DNA of 64,000 nt from an uncultured Gemmatimonadales bacterium (GCA_963701965.1 OY969695.1:1984001-2048000), one strand, 5' to 3'; numbered from the stretch's first letter, positions 8,998-18,867 are shown. The notes: generated by a model from the letters alone, not told the origin. Numbers and translations: made by a program.

Positions 8998-9037
8998 AAC
9001 AGGCGGCAGAGCGAACTCTGCCGCCTGTTTTGTTTTC
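8998..9037 (+). terminator. Intrinsic, probably bidirectional terminator (AACAGGCGGCAGAG-CGAA-CTCTGCCGCCTGTT followed by a T-tract)
   Basis: 14-bp stem with downstream TTGTTTT and an upstream A-rich tract, after the oxdC stop. Confidence 0.85.
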
Positions 9038-9075
9038 GTCTTGGTTCAGATGTAGGGTCGCCTTGCCCTGTTTGA

Positions 9076-9130
9076 TTGACATCGCATCTCATTTCTGTTA
9101 TGGCTGCCGGCGTAACGTTTCAGTACTGAA
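9076..9130 (+). promoter_or_regulatory. Putative sigma70 promoter for cassette 2 with a downstream palindrome
   Basis: TTGACA at 9076-9081, 17-nt spacer, TGnTATGGC at 9096-9104; perfect palindrome TTCAGTACTGAA at 9119-9130. Confidence 0.5.
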
Positions 9131-9219
9131 GCGTCGGTCATCCACCCCGTACTCCTTGGACGAGGGGCGCGCTTTGTCGTGCCCCTTGCCCAAGAACATC
9201 CGACTGGGGCAAACGCGAA

Positions 9220-12168
9220 ATGCGATTCTCTCGTGCGCTCGTGCTGTTCGGCGCTTTCGCCGTCCTTCCCGCCGTAGCCCGCGCCCAAGGGCGCGTCATC
9301 GGCGGTCGTGTGACGGACGGCGAGAGCGGGCAACCGCTCTCTGACGTGCAGGTGGTCATCAAGGGCACCCAGATCGGCGCCCATACCCACGACGACGGAC
9401 AGTACGTTCTCCCAACGCAGACCGGCGCCGTGACGTTGACGTTCCGGCGGATCGGATACAAAGCGGCCGAGCTCGCCGTCGCCGCCACGGAGACGAGCGC
9501 CAACGTCGCGCTCACCCGCGACGTGCTCAAGCTCGAAGAAACGATCGTCACCGGTGAGGCGACGAACGTCACCCGGCGGAACGCCGCCAACGCCGTAGCG
9601 ACCGTGTCGGCGGATCAGCTGTCGCAAGTGCAGGCCCAGACTCTCGATCAACAGCTCGCGGGCAAGGTCGCCGGCGCGGACATTCAGCAGAACTCCGGCG
9701 CGCCCGGCGGCGGCCTTCAGGTCAGGCTCCGCGGCGCCTCCACCATCATCGGCCAGTTCGATCCGCTCTACGTGATCGACGGGATCATCGTCAGCAACAA
9801 CGCGATTCCGCCGGGCACGAACGCGATTACGCAGGCGGCGAGCGCCAGCGGCATCTCGTCGAACGAGGACAACCCGACGAGCCGCATCGCCGATATCGAC
9901 CCCAATGACATCGAGAACATCGAAATCCTGAAGGGGCCGTCCGCCGCCGCGATCTACGGATCCAAAGCCGCCAACGGCGTCGTGCTCATCACGACGAAAC
10001 GGGGCCGGGCGGGCAAGACCCGCATCAACATCGCGCAACGGTTCGGATTCAGCGCACTGTCGCACGAACTGGGTTCCCGGACGTTCGACTCCACGGGCGC
10101 CATTGCCCAGTTCGGGTCGGCGGTCGCGCCACTCTTCCACTCTGGTGTCACCTACAACCACGACGAGGAATTGGCCGGTCACAAGCCGCTGTCCTACCAG
10201 ACGACGGCCAACATCGGCGGCGGCACGGACGCCACCAAATACTACGCCTCCGGCATCAACGAGTACGACGGCGGCATCATCGACAACACGTACTTCCGGA
10301 AGCAGTCCGTATCGGGCTCGCTCGACCAATCGATCGGCAGCAAGGTCCAAGTCGGGTTCAACACCTCGTTGATGCACACCGCGGCGGGGCGCGGGCTCAC
10401 GAACAACGACAACGTGACGGCATCCTTCTACACCGCGATGGCCGGCATCCCGAGTTTCTTGAATCTGCAGGCCAATAACAACGGGCAGTTCCCCAACAAT
10501 CCCCTGGGGCCCAGCAATCCGTTGCAGACCGCCGCCCTGCTGCACAATGACGAGGGGGTCTACCACGGCTTCGGCGCGTTCCGCGGCACGTGGCATGTGC
10601 TGGAACAGCGCAGCAACTCCCTGGACCTGACCACCACGGCCGGCGTCGACTACTTCCAGCAGCAGAATTCGGTCTACGCGCCACCGTCGCTGCAGTTCGA
10701 GCAATCCTCGCCCCCGCCGGGCGTGAGCGTGCTCACGAACTCGAACAACCTGAATACCAACGTCAATCTCAACCTGATCGACCGGTTCACGCCTGGCGGA
10801 TTCTCGGCGACGACATCGTTCGGGGTCGAGCAAGAGACGCGGACGCTGAACGTCGCCGCCACCGCGGCCCGCGGGTTGAGCGGGACGCTCACCAGCGTGT
10901 CGAGTGGCACGTCGGTGGCCGTGCAACAAGCCCGCGAAGACGTCGTCGACCAGGGCGTGTTCTTGCAGGAGGAGTTCTTGACCTTGGCGGATCGGCTCCT
11001 GCTGACGGCGGGTGCGCGCGCCGATCGCAGCAGCAACAACGCCAATACGAGTCACTTGTATGTCTATCCCAAGGCCGCGGCGTCCTATCGGCTGCCGACT
11101 CAGACGTCGTTCTTGGACGAGATCAAGTTCCGCGCGGCCGTCGGCGCCTCGGGCAACGAGCCCCAATACGGCCAGAAGTTTGGCGAGCTGGTGACGGCCA
11201 ATCTCGCGGGGCTGCCCACGCAACAGGTCAAGGGTTCGATCGCCGCGCCCGACCTCCGGCCTGAGCGCTCGTTCGAGATCGAAGGAGGTTTCGACGCGAC
11301 GCTGTTCCACGGCCGGGCGACGCTGGGCGTGACGGGCTATCAAAAGCGCACCACGGATCTCCTGCTCTCGCGCGCTCTGGCTCCCTCGTTCGGAGACACC
11401 ACCGAGTACTTCAACGCCGGCGTCATGCGGACCCGCGGCATCGAGGTCGAGGCGTCCGTGATCGCCGCCCAGGGACGGAATCTCAACTGGACCATCACCA
11501 GCACGTTCTCCAAGCAGGCAGCACTCATCGTCGAACTGCCCGTGCCGTCGTTCAGCCCTGGTGGCTTCCCGACGGAGTTCGGCACGTTCATGATCGAACA
11601 GGGGGCGTCGCCGACGCAGATTGTCGGGAACGTGACGCTAGCGAATGGCACGCTCACCACGGGGAAGATCGGCGACGCCAACCCGGACTACCGCGTGTCC
11701 CTGGCCAACAACGTCACGTTCCGGCAACTCCACCTGTCATTCCTGTTCGATGCCTCGAAGGGTCAGGACGTCGATAACCTGACCGAGCTGCTGTACGACT
11801 TCGGCGGCAACACGAAGGACTACGCCGACCTGATCACGGTAGGCGGCAAGCAGGTCATGAAGGGGGTGTATCGGCTCACCCAATGGCCCACGAATACCTC
11901 GGTGTACGTGCAGGATGCCTCGTATATCAAGCTGCGCGAGATCAACATCTCCTACGACCTGCCGACGTACATGCTGTCGCCGTTCGGCCGGGGACTGCAT
12001 TCCGCCTCGCTCAGCTTCTCCGTGCGGAATCTCTTCACGCTGACGCACTATCAGGGCATGGACCCCGAGGTCTCGAACTTCGGCAACCAAGCCATCTCGC
12101 GAAACGTGGACGTCGCGCCATTCCCTCCGAGCCGCACCTTCTGGTTCGGCATCAACCTGGGGCTCTGA
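9220..12168 (+). CDS. SusC/RagA-family TonB-dependent outer-membrane transporter (cassette 2)
   Basis: Signal peptide, carboxypeptidase-regulatory-like N-domain, plug motifs PLYVIDG and [34 protein letters not shown]-terminal DPEV...PPSRTFWFGINLGL. Confidence 0.96.
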   Translation: MRFSRALVLFGAFAVLPAVARAQGRVIGGRVTDGESGQPLSDVQVVIKGTQIGAHTHDDGQYVLPTQTGAVTLTFRRIGYKAAELAVAATETSANVALTRDVLKLEETIVTGEATNVTRRNAANAVATVSADQLSQVQAQTLDQQLAGKVAGADIQQNSGAPGGGLQVRLRGASTIIGQFDPLYVIDGIIVSNNAIPPGTNAITQAASASGISSNEDNPTSRIADIDPNDIENIEILKGPSAAAIYGSKAANGVVLITTKRGRAGKTRINIAQRFGFSALSHELGSRTFDSTGAIAQFGSAVAPLFHSGVTYNHDEELAGHKPLSYQTTANIGGGTDATKYYASGINEYDGGIIDNTYFRKQSVSGSLDQSIGSKVQVGFNTSLMHTAAGRGLTNNDNVTASFYTAMAGIPSFLNLQANNNGQFPNNPLGPSNPLQTAALLHNDEGVYHGFGAFRGTWHVLEQRSNSLDLTTTAGVDYFQQQNSVYAPPSLQFEQSSPPPGVSVLTNSNNLNTNVNLNLIDRFTPGGFSATTSFGVEQETRTLNVAATAARGLSGTLTSVSSGTSVAVQQAREDVVDQGVFLQEEFLTLADRLLLTAGARADRSSNNANTSHLYVYPKAAASYRLPTQTSFLDEIKFRAAVGASGNEPQYGQKFGELVTANLAGLPTQQVKGSIAAPDLRPERSFEIEGGFDATLFHGRATLGVTGYQKRTTDLLLSRALAPSFGDTTEYFNAGVMRTRGIEVEASVIAAQGRNLNWTITSTFSKQAALIVELPVPSFSPGGFPTEFGTFMIEQGASPTQIVGNVTLANGTLTTGKIGDANPDYRVSLANNVTFRQLHLSFLFDASKGQDVDNLTELLYDFGGNTKDYADLITVGGKQVMKGVYRLTQWPTNTSVYVQDASYIKLREINISYDLPTYMLSPFGRGLHSASLSFSVRNLFTLTHYQGMDPEVSNFGNQAISRNVDVAPFPPSRTFWFGINLGL

Positions 12169-12171
12169 ACC

Positions 12172-13548
12172 ATGACGATGCGTCGAATTGCGCTCTGTGG
12201 CATGGTGGTCGCGCTCGCGGCGTGCCGTGATACGACCGTGCCCGATCTCAACAGCGGCAGTGTCAGCGGATTCGAGACGAATCCGACTGCAGATGGCGCC
12301 AACGCCCTCGCCGTCGGTCTCATTCGCGGCGCACGGGACAACAATGCGCTCATCGTCTCGACGATCGGCCCGTTTGGTCGCGAGGGCTACGAGCTGAATC
12401 TGGCTCGCGGCGACCTGCCCGACTACATCATCGGCCCCCTCACACCGGGCACGTTCTACGTTGCCCAGCTCTGGATCGGGGAATACGCCGACCTGCGCTC
12501 GGCGGGCCTTCTCCTCGACAAGGTCGGCAGCATCAGCAACTTGTCGCCGGCGCAGCAGGAGGGGCTGAGGGGCTTTGCCCAGACGATGCAGGCCTACGAC
12601 CTCACGCTCCTGGCGGAGACGCGCGACACGCTAGGCCTGCCGATCGACGTGTACGTCGATCCGACGGGTACACCGGCGCCGGTCGCCACCAAGACGGTCG
12701 TGTACCAGCACATTCTCAATCTGCTCGATTCCGCGTCCACGCACCTGAATGCCGCGGGGAGCGGGTTCTCGATCTCGACGTTAGACCTTGACAAGGCGGG
12801 CTTTGCGGACTTCGACACGCCGAGCACGTTCCTCACGTTCAACCGCGCGCTCCGCGCGCGGGTTGATATTCTCACGAATCAGTATGCCGACGCACTGACC
12901 GACCTCTCCGCATCGTTTCTCACGACTGGTACCGGCTCCCTCAACATCGGTCCCGTGTTCGCGTTCTCGGCGAATTCCGGGGACGAACCGAACCCGCTGT
13001 TTTCACAGTTCCTGTATGCCGAGCCGGATCTCATCACCAACGCGCAGCGACAGGCCGGCGACACGGTGCGGGATGCGCGAATTCTGGCCAAGCTCATCCC
13101 CGCCGTGCAGTCCGCCACGTTGGACGGGGTGACGTCGGACCTCGCGTTCGCGGCCTACCAGAGCCTGGGCGCGCCGCTACCGATCATTCGGAATGAAGAG
13201 CTGATCCTCTTGCGCGCCGAGGCGAACATTGGCCTGGGCAACCTCGGTCCGGCGGTGACCGACCTCAATCTGATTCGCACGCAGTCGGGCGGTCTCGCTC
13301 CGCTCTCCGGAGCGGCGGCGGCCAGCGCCGATTCGCTGCTCGAAGACCTGCTCTACGAGAAACGATACTCGCTGCTGTGGGAGGGCGGACACAACTGGGT
13401 GGACATGCGCCACTATAGCAAGCTGGCCGAGATTCCCAAGGGGCAACTCGCGACCTCGAAGATCTTCACCGTGGTACCGTACCCGATCGAGGAATGCAAC
13501 GCGCGGGTACCGAAGCCCAAGGGCTGCACCAACGACGCAGGGTTGTAA
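12172..13548 (+). CDS. SusD/RagB-family surface lipoprotein (cassette 2)
   Basis: Lipobox VVALAAC; PIIRNEELILLRAEA and LLYEKRYSLLWEGGHNWVDMR motifs. Confidence 0.93.
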   Translation: MTMRRIALCGMVVALAACRDTTVPDLNSGSVSGFETNPTADGANALAVGLIRGARDNNALIVSTIGPFGREGYELNLARGDLPDYIIGPLTPGTFYVAQLWIGEYADLRSAGLLLDKVGSISNLSPAQQEGLRGFAQTMQAYDLTLLAETRDTLGLPIDVYVDPTGTPAPVATKTVVYQHILNLLDSASTHLNAAGSGFSISTLDLDKAGFADFDTPSTFLTFNRALRARVDILTNQYADALTDLSASFLTTGTGSLNIGPVFAFSANSGDEPNPLFSQFLYAEPDLITNAQRQAGDTVRDARILAKLIPAVQSATLDGVTSDLAFAAYQSLGAPLPIIRNEELILLRAEANIGLGNLGPAVTDLNLIRTQSGGLAPLSGAAAASADSLLEDLLYEKRYSLLWEGGHNWVDMRHYSKLAEIPKGQLATSKIFTVVPYPIEECNARVPKPKGCTNDAGL

Positions 13549-14030
13549 TGCTGGCGAAGGGCCGGATCCTGCTGACGCTGGGCGCGCTGTGGCTGGCGCG
13601 CCCAGCGATGTATGCGATTCCACTCATTGCGACGCCCACGGGGACGGGGGCGTCGGGAGTGGCGACGTTGTCGCGTCCCGAGTCGCCGTTCAGTGTCCCG
13701 GTGACGCGGGATGGGCACGTGATCTACAACGTGGCCATCACGGTCCAAGGACTGCCGCCGGCCAGCGCGTTCGACGGCGCGACGACCTACGTCGCCTGGG
13801 CGACCGTTCCCGACCTGTCGCTCGCCCGTAGCCTCGGCCCCATCACGGCCGACGGCAGGGCCAAGGGCCAAGTGGCCTGGAACAAGTTCATCGTGCTGGT
13901 CACGGCCGAAAAGACCGCGGGCGCGCATTGGACCGGACCCATCCTGCTCAAGGGCGTGAGCCCGAGCACGTGGATGCAACGGTTCCAGGCCCACGTCATC
14001 GGGAACGGCGGCAATCCCGACCCGCCATGA
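13548..14030 (+). CDS. Small secreted RskA-C-like protein (cassette 2)
   Basis: TAATG coupling to susD and ATGA coupling to the MCO. Shares DGHVIY, LPP..YVAW, NKFI(V/I)LVTAE, GAHWTG..L.G.SPST with the cassette-1 paralog. Confidence 0.85.
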   Translation: MLAKGRILLTLGALWLARPAMYAIPLIATPTGTGASGVATLSRPESPFSVPVTRDGHVIYNVAITVQGLPPASAFDGATTYVAWATVPDLSLARSLGPITADGRAKGQVAWNKFIVLVTAEKTAGAHWTGPILLKGVSPSTWMQRFQAHVIGNGGNPDPP

Positions 14031-15703
14031 GACGGGTCGTGATGCTCATGACGCTGCTCGCGGCCCGCGTGGGAGCGCAGGACACGTCCATGGCGGGCAT
14101 GCACATGAACATGGACATGCCGGGCATGGGTGGGCACCGGATGCCACCGATGCCCGCGGGCATGCCCATGATGTCCGGCATGGAGGGCGCGGCGCCGCAA
14201 GTAAAAGCATTTCTGCCCGGCGCCGGCGTCGATCCGGCGACCGTACCGGTCGCCCACGCCAGCAAGATCATAGAAGTCGCGAACGGCGACACGCTGGATC
14301 TCGACGCCGGCCTCGTCCGCCGCACGATCAACGGCGCGACCTATACAATGTACGCGTTCAACGGCCAATCTCCCGGACCGTTGATCCGCGTCAAGCAGAA
14401 CGCCACGATCGTCGTCCGGTTCACCAATCACATCGACCTGCCGTCCTCGATCCACTGGCACGGCGTGCGACTGGCCAATGCGTTCGACGGCAGCGTGGGC
14501 ATGACGCAGGCGGCCGTCGCTCCCGGCGGACGCTTCATCTACCAAGTGCACTTCCCCGACGCGGGCCTCTACTGGTACCACTCCCACGTCCGCGAAGATA
14601 TCGAGCAAGGCCTTGGGCTCTTTGGCAACATTAGAGTCGATTCGCCGGACCCGCAGTACTACAGCGCCGTGAACACCGAGTCCACGCTCATCCTGAACGA
14701 CATCCTCGTGGATCCGCACGGGCTCATTCCCTATGGTGGCGAGGCGTCGGACTTCTCCATCATGGGCCGCTTCGGGAATCTGCTGCTGGTGAACGGCGAG
14801 CCCCGCTATCATCTGGCCGTCCACAAAGGCGACGTCGTGCGGTTCTTCCTCACCAACGCCTCCAACGCCCGGAGCTACAACATCGATTTCGGCGGCGCGA
14901 CCCTCAAGGTCGTCGGCACCGACGTCAGCCGCTACGAGCGGGAGATCCCCGTGACCAGCGTCGTCATCGCCCCTGCGCAACGGTTCATCGTCGAGGCGCG
15001 GTTCGACACGGCGGGCCGCTTCGTGCTGGCCAACCGCGTCCAAGCCGTCTCCAATTTCACGGGCGAATACGCGACCGAAGTCGACACGCTGGGGACGATC
15101 GAAGTGTCCCCGCAACCGACGGCGGTGGACCACGGGAAACAGTTCGCCACCCTGCGCGCGTACCCGGAGGTCTCCCACGACATCGATCGCTTCCGTGCCC
15201 AGTTCACCAAACCCGTGGATCACGAGCTCACGCTCACCGTCAACATTCAAGGCCTGCCGCACGATCTCGTGGCGTTCATGGCGATCGACACCATGTACTT
15301 CAACCCCGTGGAGTGGAACGACGGGATGCCCGACATGAATTGGGTGTCCACGGGCAAGGAAGTCCACTGGATCCTGCGCGACGCCGCGACGGGCAAGGAG
15401 AACCTGGACATCGACTGGCACATGCACGCGGGCGACGTCGTGAAGATCCGGCTCCACAACGACGAACGCTCGATGCACCCAATGGCGCACCCGATCCACT
15501 TTCACGGCCAGCGTTTTCTCGTGCTGTCCCGGGATGGCGTGGCGAATACCGACTTGGCCTGGCAGGACACGGAGCTCGTCCCGGTCGGCTCGACCGAGGA
15601 CATCCTGCTGGATGCGTCCAACCCGGGCGTCTGGATGGCCCACTGTCACATCGCGGAACATCTCGACGCCGGTATGCAAATGCGGTTTACCGTCGACCCT
15701 TAG
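14027..15703 (+). CDS. Three-domain multicopper oxidase with Met-rich N-terminus (MCO3)
   Basis: HWHG, WYHSH, HPIHFHG, HCHIAEHLDAGM; N-terminal SMAGMHMNMDMPGMGGHRMPPMPAGMPMMSGM; close paralog of MCO1. Confidence 0.95.
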   Translation: MRRVVMLMTLLAARVGAQDTSMAGMHMNMDMPGMGGHRMPPMPAGMPMMSGMEGAAPQVKAFLPGAGVDPATVPVAHASKIIEVANGDTLDLDAGLVRRTINGATYTMYAFNGQSPGPLIRVKQNATIVVRFTNHIDLPSSIHWHGVRLANAFDGSVGMTQAAVAPGGRFIYQVHFPDAGLYWYHSHVREDIEQGLGLFGNIRVDSPDPQYYSAVNTESTLILNDILVDPHGLIPYGGEASDFSIMGRFGNLLLVNGEPRYHLAVHKGDVVRFFLTNASNARSYNIDFGGATLKVVGTDVSRYEREIPVTSVVIAPAQRFIVEARFDTAGRFVLANRVQAVSNFTGEYATEVDTLGTIEVSPQPTAVDHGKQFATLRAYPEVSHDIDRFRAQFTKPVDHELTLTVNIQGLPHDLVAFMAIDTMYFNPVEWNDGMPDMNWVSTGKEVHWILRDAATGKENLDIDWHMHAGDVVKIRLHNDERSMHPMAHPIHFHGQRFLVLSRDGVANTDLAWQDTELVPVGSTEDILLDASNPGVWMAHCHIAEHLDAGMQMRFTVDP

Positions 15704-15713
15704 GAGATCTCTG

Positions 15714-17120
15714 ATGCTGCGAACGACCGTCTTTCTGCTGGCCGTGAGTGCCGCTGCCGCTGCGGCGCAGGACCCGGCACCGTCTCAACCCCCGAAGCTC
15801 GACAAAGTCGGCGGCAGCCCCAACGTGCACCTGCTGTCGCACGTCCCCCTCGGCGGCTACTTCCGCGTGGCCGACGCGGACCTGGAGCAGGAGATGTCGC
15901 GCCCCTACGCCTACGTCGGACAGATCCGCGACCGCCCCGGCTTCACGATTCTCGATATCAAAGATCCATCGAACGCCAAAGTCCTGTACAAGTGGAAGAT
16001 CGAAAATGCCGATCTCCACCAGGGGGACGGCGGCCTCCGCGCCAAGTACTTCAAGCTCAAAGGACGCTACTACGTCGCCGTCTGCTATCAGTTCCTCCAG
16101 GGCTCACCGGACACCGACCTCGGCGCCATCATCTACGACGTGACGGGTCTGCCGGACACGAGCAAGATCAAGGTCGTCGCCCGGATCACCGCGCCCTCCA
16201 CGCCCGGTGGCTTCCACAATCTCTTCATGTACAAGCACTCCGATGGCCGGGTGCTGATGTTCACCACGACCACGACGAGCCAAGCCAACATCTACGACAT
16301 GGAGAAGACAATCGCCGGCGACAAGGACTTCGGATTCATCGGCACGGTCCCAATTCCCCAAGGATCCGCCCACAAAGAAGTCCTGCCGGGCTTCGCGCAG
16401 GGACAGATCGCGATCTCGGGCTACCACGATTTCTACGTGGGCTTCGATCCGGCCACGCGGCAGGACAAGTTCTATGGCGCTGGCGCGGGCGGCTACTACG
16501 TCTACGATGTCACCCACACCGATCAGATCAAGCTGGTCACCTCGGTGGTCGGCTCGGCTGGGGTAGGCTGGGGCCACACCTTCACGCCGACGCCCGATGG
16601 CGCGTTCGCTATCACCGAGACCGAGTATCAGTGGGCGCCACTGCGTATCTACGACCTGCGTCCCGGGTTGGAGGGGAAAGTCCAGGCCGTCACGCAACCC
16701 GTGTCGGTGTGGAACGCCGACTGGAACGACCTCGCCCACAACCACGAAGTCCGCTGGCCGTACGTGTTCGTCTCCGCCTACGAGGATGGTCTCCAGATCT
16801 TCAACATGCAGGATCCGGCGCACCCGAAGACCATCGGCTGGTACTACACATGCGAATGCCAGCACGAGACCGGGTTCGGCGGCCTGCCGCAGTGGACCGG
16901 CAAGAGCATCTATAATGGCGCCTTCGGCATCATGGTGCGGAATGCCGATGGCCTCATCATGATCACCGACTCCAACACCGGCGCCTGGTTCTTCAAGCTC
17001 GACGGGTTCAGTGGCTGGAATGGCGACGACTGGGGCATGCCCAACATCTCCAGCGCGCAGGACTGGGATCACGGCCCGCCGGGATCGGCGGCCCATAAAG
17101 TCGCCACCGCTACCAAGTAA
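15714..17120 (+). CDS. Secreted LVIVD-repeat-like beta-propeller protein (cassette 2)
   Basis: RBS AGGAG; signal peptide; long near-identical blocks with 4185..5585 (HNHEVRWPYVFVSAYEDGLQIFNM, DWGMPNISS). Confidence 0.75.
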   Translation: MLRTTVFLLAVSAAAAAAQDPAPSQPPKLDKVGGSPNVHLLSHVPLGGYFRVADADLEQEMSRPYAYVGQIRDRPGFTILDIKDPSNAKVLYKWKIENADLHQGDGGLRAKYFKLKGRYYVAVCYQFLQGSPDTDLGAIIYDVTGLPDTSKIKVVARITAPSTPGGFHNLFMYKHSDGRVLMFTTTTTSQANIYDMEKTIAGDKDFGFIGTVPIPQGSAHKEVLPGFAQGQIAISGYHDFYVGFDPATRQDKFYGAGAGGYYVYDVTHTDQIKLVTSVVGSAGVGWGHTFTPTPDGAFAITETEYQWAPLRIYDLRPGLEGKVQAVTQPVSVWNADWNDLAHNHEVRWPYVFVSAYEDGLQIFNMQDPAHPKTIGWYYTCECQHETGFGGLPQWTGKSIYNGAFGIMVRNADGLIMITDSNTGAWFFKLDGFSGWNGDDWGMPNISSAQDWDHGPPGSAAHKVATATK

Positions 17121-17127
17121 GCGTTCC

Positions 17128-18867
17128 ATGAAACTCTTCTCCCTCCTGGCGCTGGTGCCGCTCGCGACGAGCGGCGCCAGCGCCCGGGCGCAACAGCCGC
17201 GGTTCGAGGTCAGCTTCCCCGCCTCGCTCAACGCGCAGCCCATCACCGGCCGCGTGTTCGTGACGCTGTTCCAGCGCGCCGACATCGAACCGCGCATCGC
17301 CGCCTATCAGTCGGCGCGCTTCCGCATCGGACGCGTCCCGATCTTCTCGGTCGACATCGACCAGCTGGCGCCGGGCAAGGCGGCGATCGTCGACGCCCGC
17401 GCCGCGGGATATCCGCTGGCCAGCCTCCGCGACCTGCCGGCCGGTGACTACTACGCCCAAGCCGTCCTCAACGTCTACACGCAGTACCGCCGGTCCGACG
17501 GTCACACGATCTGGGCCCACCAGGATCACTGGGAGGGCCAGCGATGGGCCTACGCGCCGGGCAATCTGCTCTCGACCCCGTTCAAGGTGCACCTCGATCC
17601 TGCCAAGGGATTCACGGTCACGCTGGCGTTCGACCACGCGATCCCGCCGCTCGAGCCACCGAAGGACACGAAGTGGGTCAAGTGGGTCCGGATCAAGAGT
17701 GACCTGCTCACGAAATTCTGGGGCGTGCCGCAGGAGTTGGGCGCCACGGTGCTCTTGCCCAAGGGGTACGACGAGCATCCGGACGTGCACTACCCGGTGC
17801 TCTATATCCAGACGCATTTCTCGCTCGACCCGCCATTCAATTTCACCGACGACCCGTCACCGCCACCGCCGGGCATTCAGCTGGCGCCGGCGAGCGCGCG
17901 GTCGAACGTCGAATCGGCGCGCCCTTTCGGTGGGGGTGGGAAGAAAGAAACAGGATACGAGTTCTACCAGTCGTGGATCTCCGACGACATGCCGCGGATG
18001 ATCCTCGTCACCTTCCAGCACGTGACGCCGTACTTCGACGACTCGTACGCCGTCAACTCGGCGAACAACGGCCCGTACGGCGACGCGCTCATGCAGGAGC
18101 TGATCCCGTACCTGGAATCGCACTTCCGCATCATCCGGGAGCCGTACGCGCGCGTCCTGACGGGTGGGTCGACCGGTGGGTGGGAATCCCTGGCGCTGCA
18201 GCTCTATCATCCGGACTTCTTCGGCGGCACGTGGACGTTCTACCCCGATCCGATCGATTTCCGGCGCTATCAGATGGTGGACATCTACTCCGACTCGAAC
18301 GCGTTCGTCGTACCGAACGCGGCGCCGGGCGCACCGGAGCGAATGATGCAGATGACGCCCGAGGGGCAGCCCGTGGCCTCGATGCGGGCCATTGCCCAGA
18401 TGGAGGACGTATCGGGTACGCACGGCCGGTCGGCCGCGCAGTTCGACGTGTGGAACGCGGTCTATGGCCCCGTCGGCGCCGACGGGTATCCGCGGCAGGT
18501 GTTCGACTTCCACACGGGAAAAATCGATCACGAGGTCGCGAGCTACATGCGCGACCACGGCTATGACCTCCGCTACTACGCCGAGCAGAACTGGGCCAAG
18601 ATCGGGCCATCGCTCGTCGGCAAGATTCACATGCTCTCCGGCGACATGGATGATTTCATGCTGGCGCCGGCGATCTATCTCATGCAGGACTTCCTCGAGA
18701 GCACGAAGAACCCGTACTACGCCGGAGATTTTCGCTTTGGGCGGCCCATGAAAGGCCATGGTTGGCAGCCCATGACGAACGCCGATCTGATTCGTGAAAT
18801 GGCGGCGCAGATCGCGAAGAACGCCCCCTCCGGCGAATCCACGAGGGCCTGGCGCGATGCACAATAA
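17128..18867 (+). CDS. Secreted alpha/beta-hydrolase (putative esterase)
   Basis: Signal peptide; nucleophile elbow GGSTGGW; candidate Asp (GDMDDF) and His (KGHGW). Confidence 0.8.
   Translation: MKLFSLLALVPLATSGASARAQQPRFEVSFPASLNAQPITGRVFVTLFQRADIEPRIAAYQSARFRIGRVPIFSVDIDQLAPGKAAIVDARAAGYPLASLRDLPAGDYYAQAVLNVYTQYRRSDGHTIWAHQDHWEGQRWAYAPGNLLSTPFKVHLDPAKGFTVTLAFDHAIPPLEPPKDTKWVKWVRIKSDLLTKFWGVPQELGATVLLPKGYDEHPDVHYPVLYIQTHFSLDPPFNFTDDPSPPPPGIQLAPASARSNVESARPFGGGGKKETGYEFYQSWISDDMPRMILVTFQHVTPYFDDSYAVNSANNGPYGDALMQELIPYLESHFRIIREPYARVLTGGSTGGWESLALQLYHPDFFGGTWTFYPDPIDFRRYQMVDIYSDSNAFVVPNAAPGAPERMMQMTPEGQPVASMRAIAQMEDVSGTHGRSAAQFDVWNAVYGPVGADGYPRQVFDFHTGKIDHEVASYMRDHGYDLRYYAEQNWAKIGPSLVGKIHMLSGDMDDFMLAPAIYLMQDFLESTKNPYYAGDFRFGRPMKGHGWQPMTNADLIREMAAQIAKNAPSGESTRAWRDAQ

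Noticed and set aside
9046..11343. 765-aa minus-strand ORF opposite susC2 (and similar long antisense ORFs such as 13787..15679 and 16104..17297)
   Set aside because: Typical high-GC antisense shadows, Arg/Gly-rich with no motifs, lying opposite well-supported genes.
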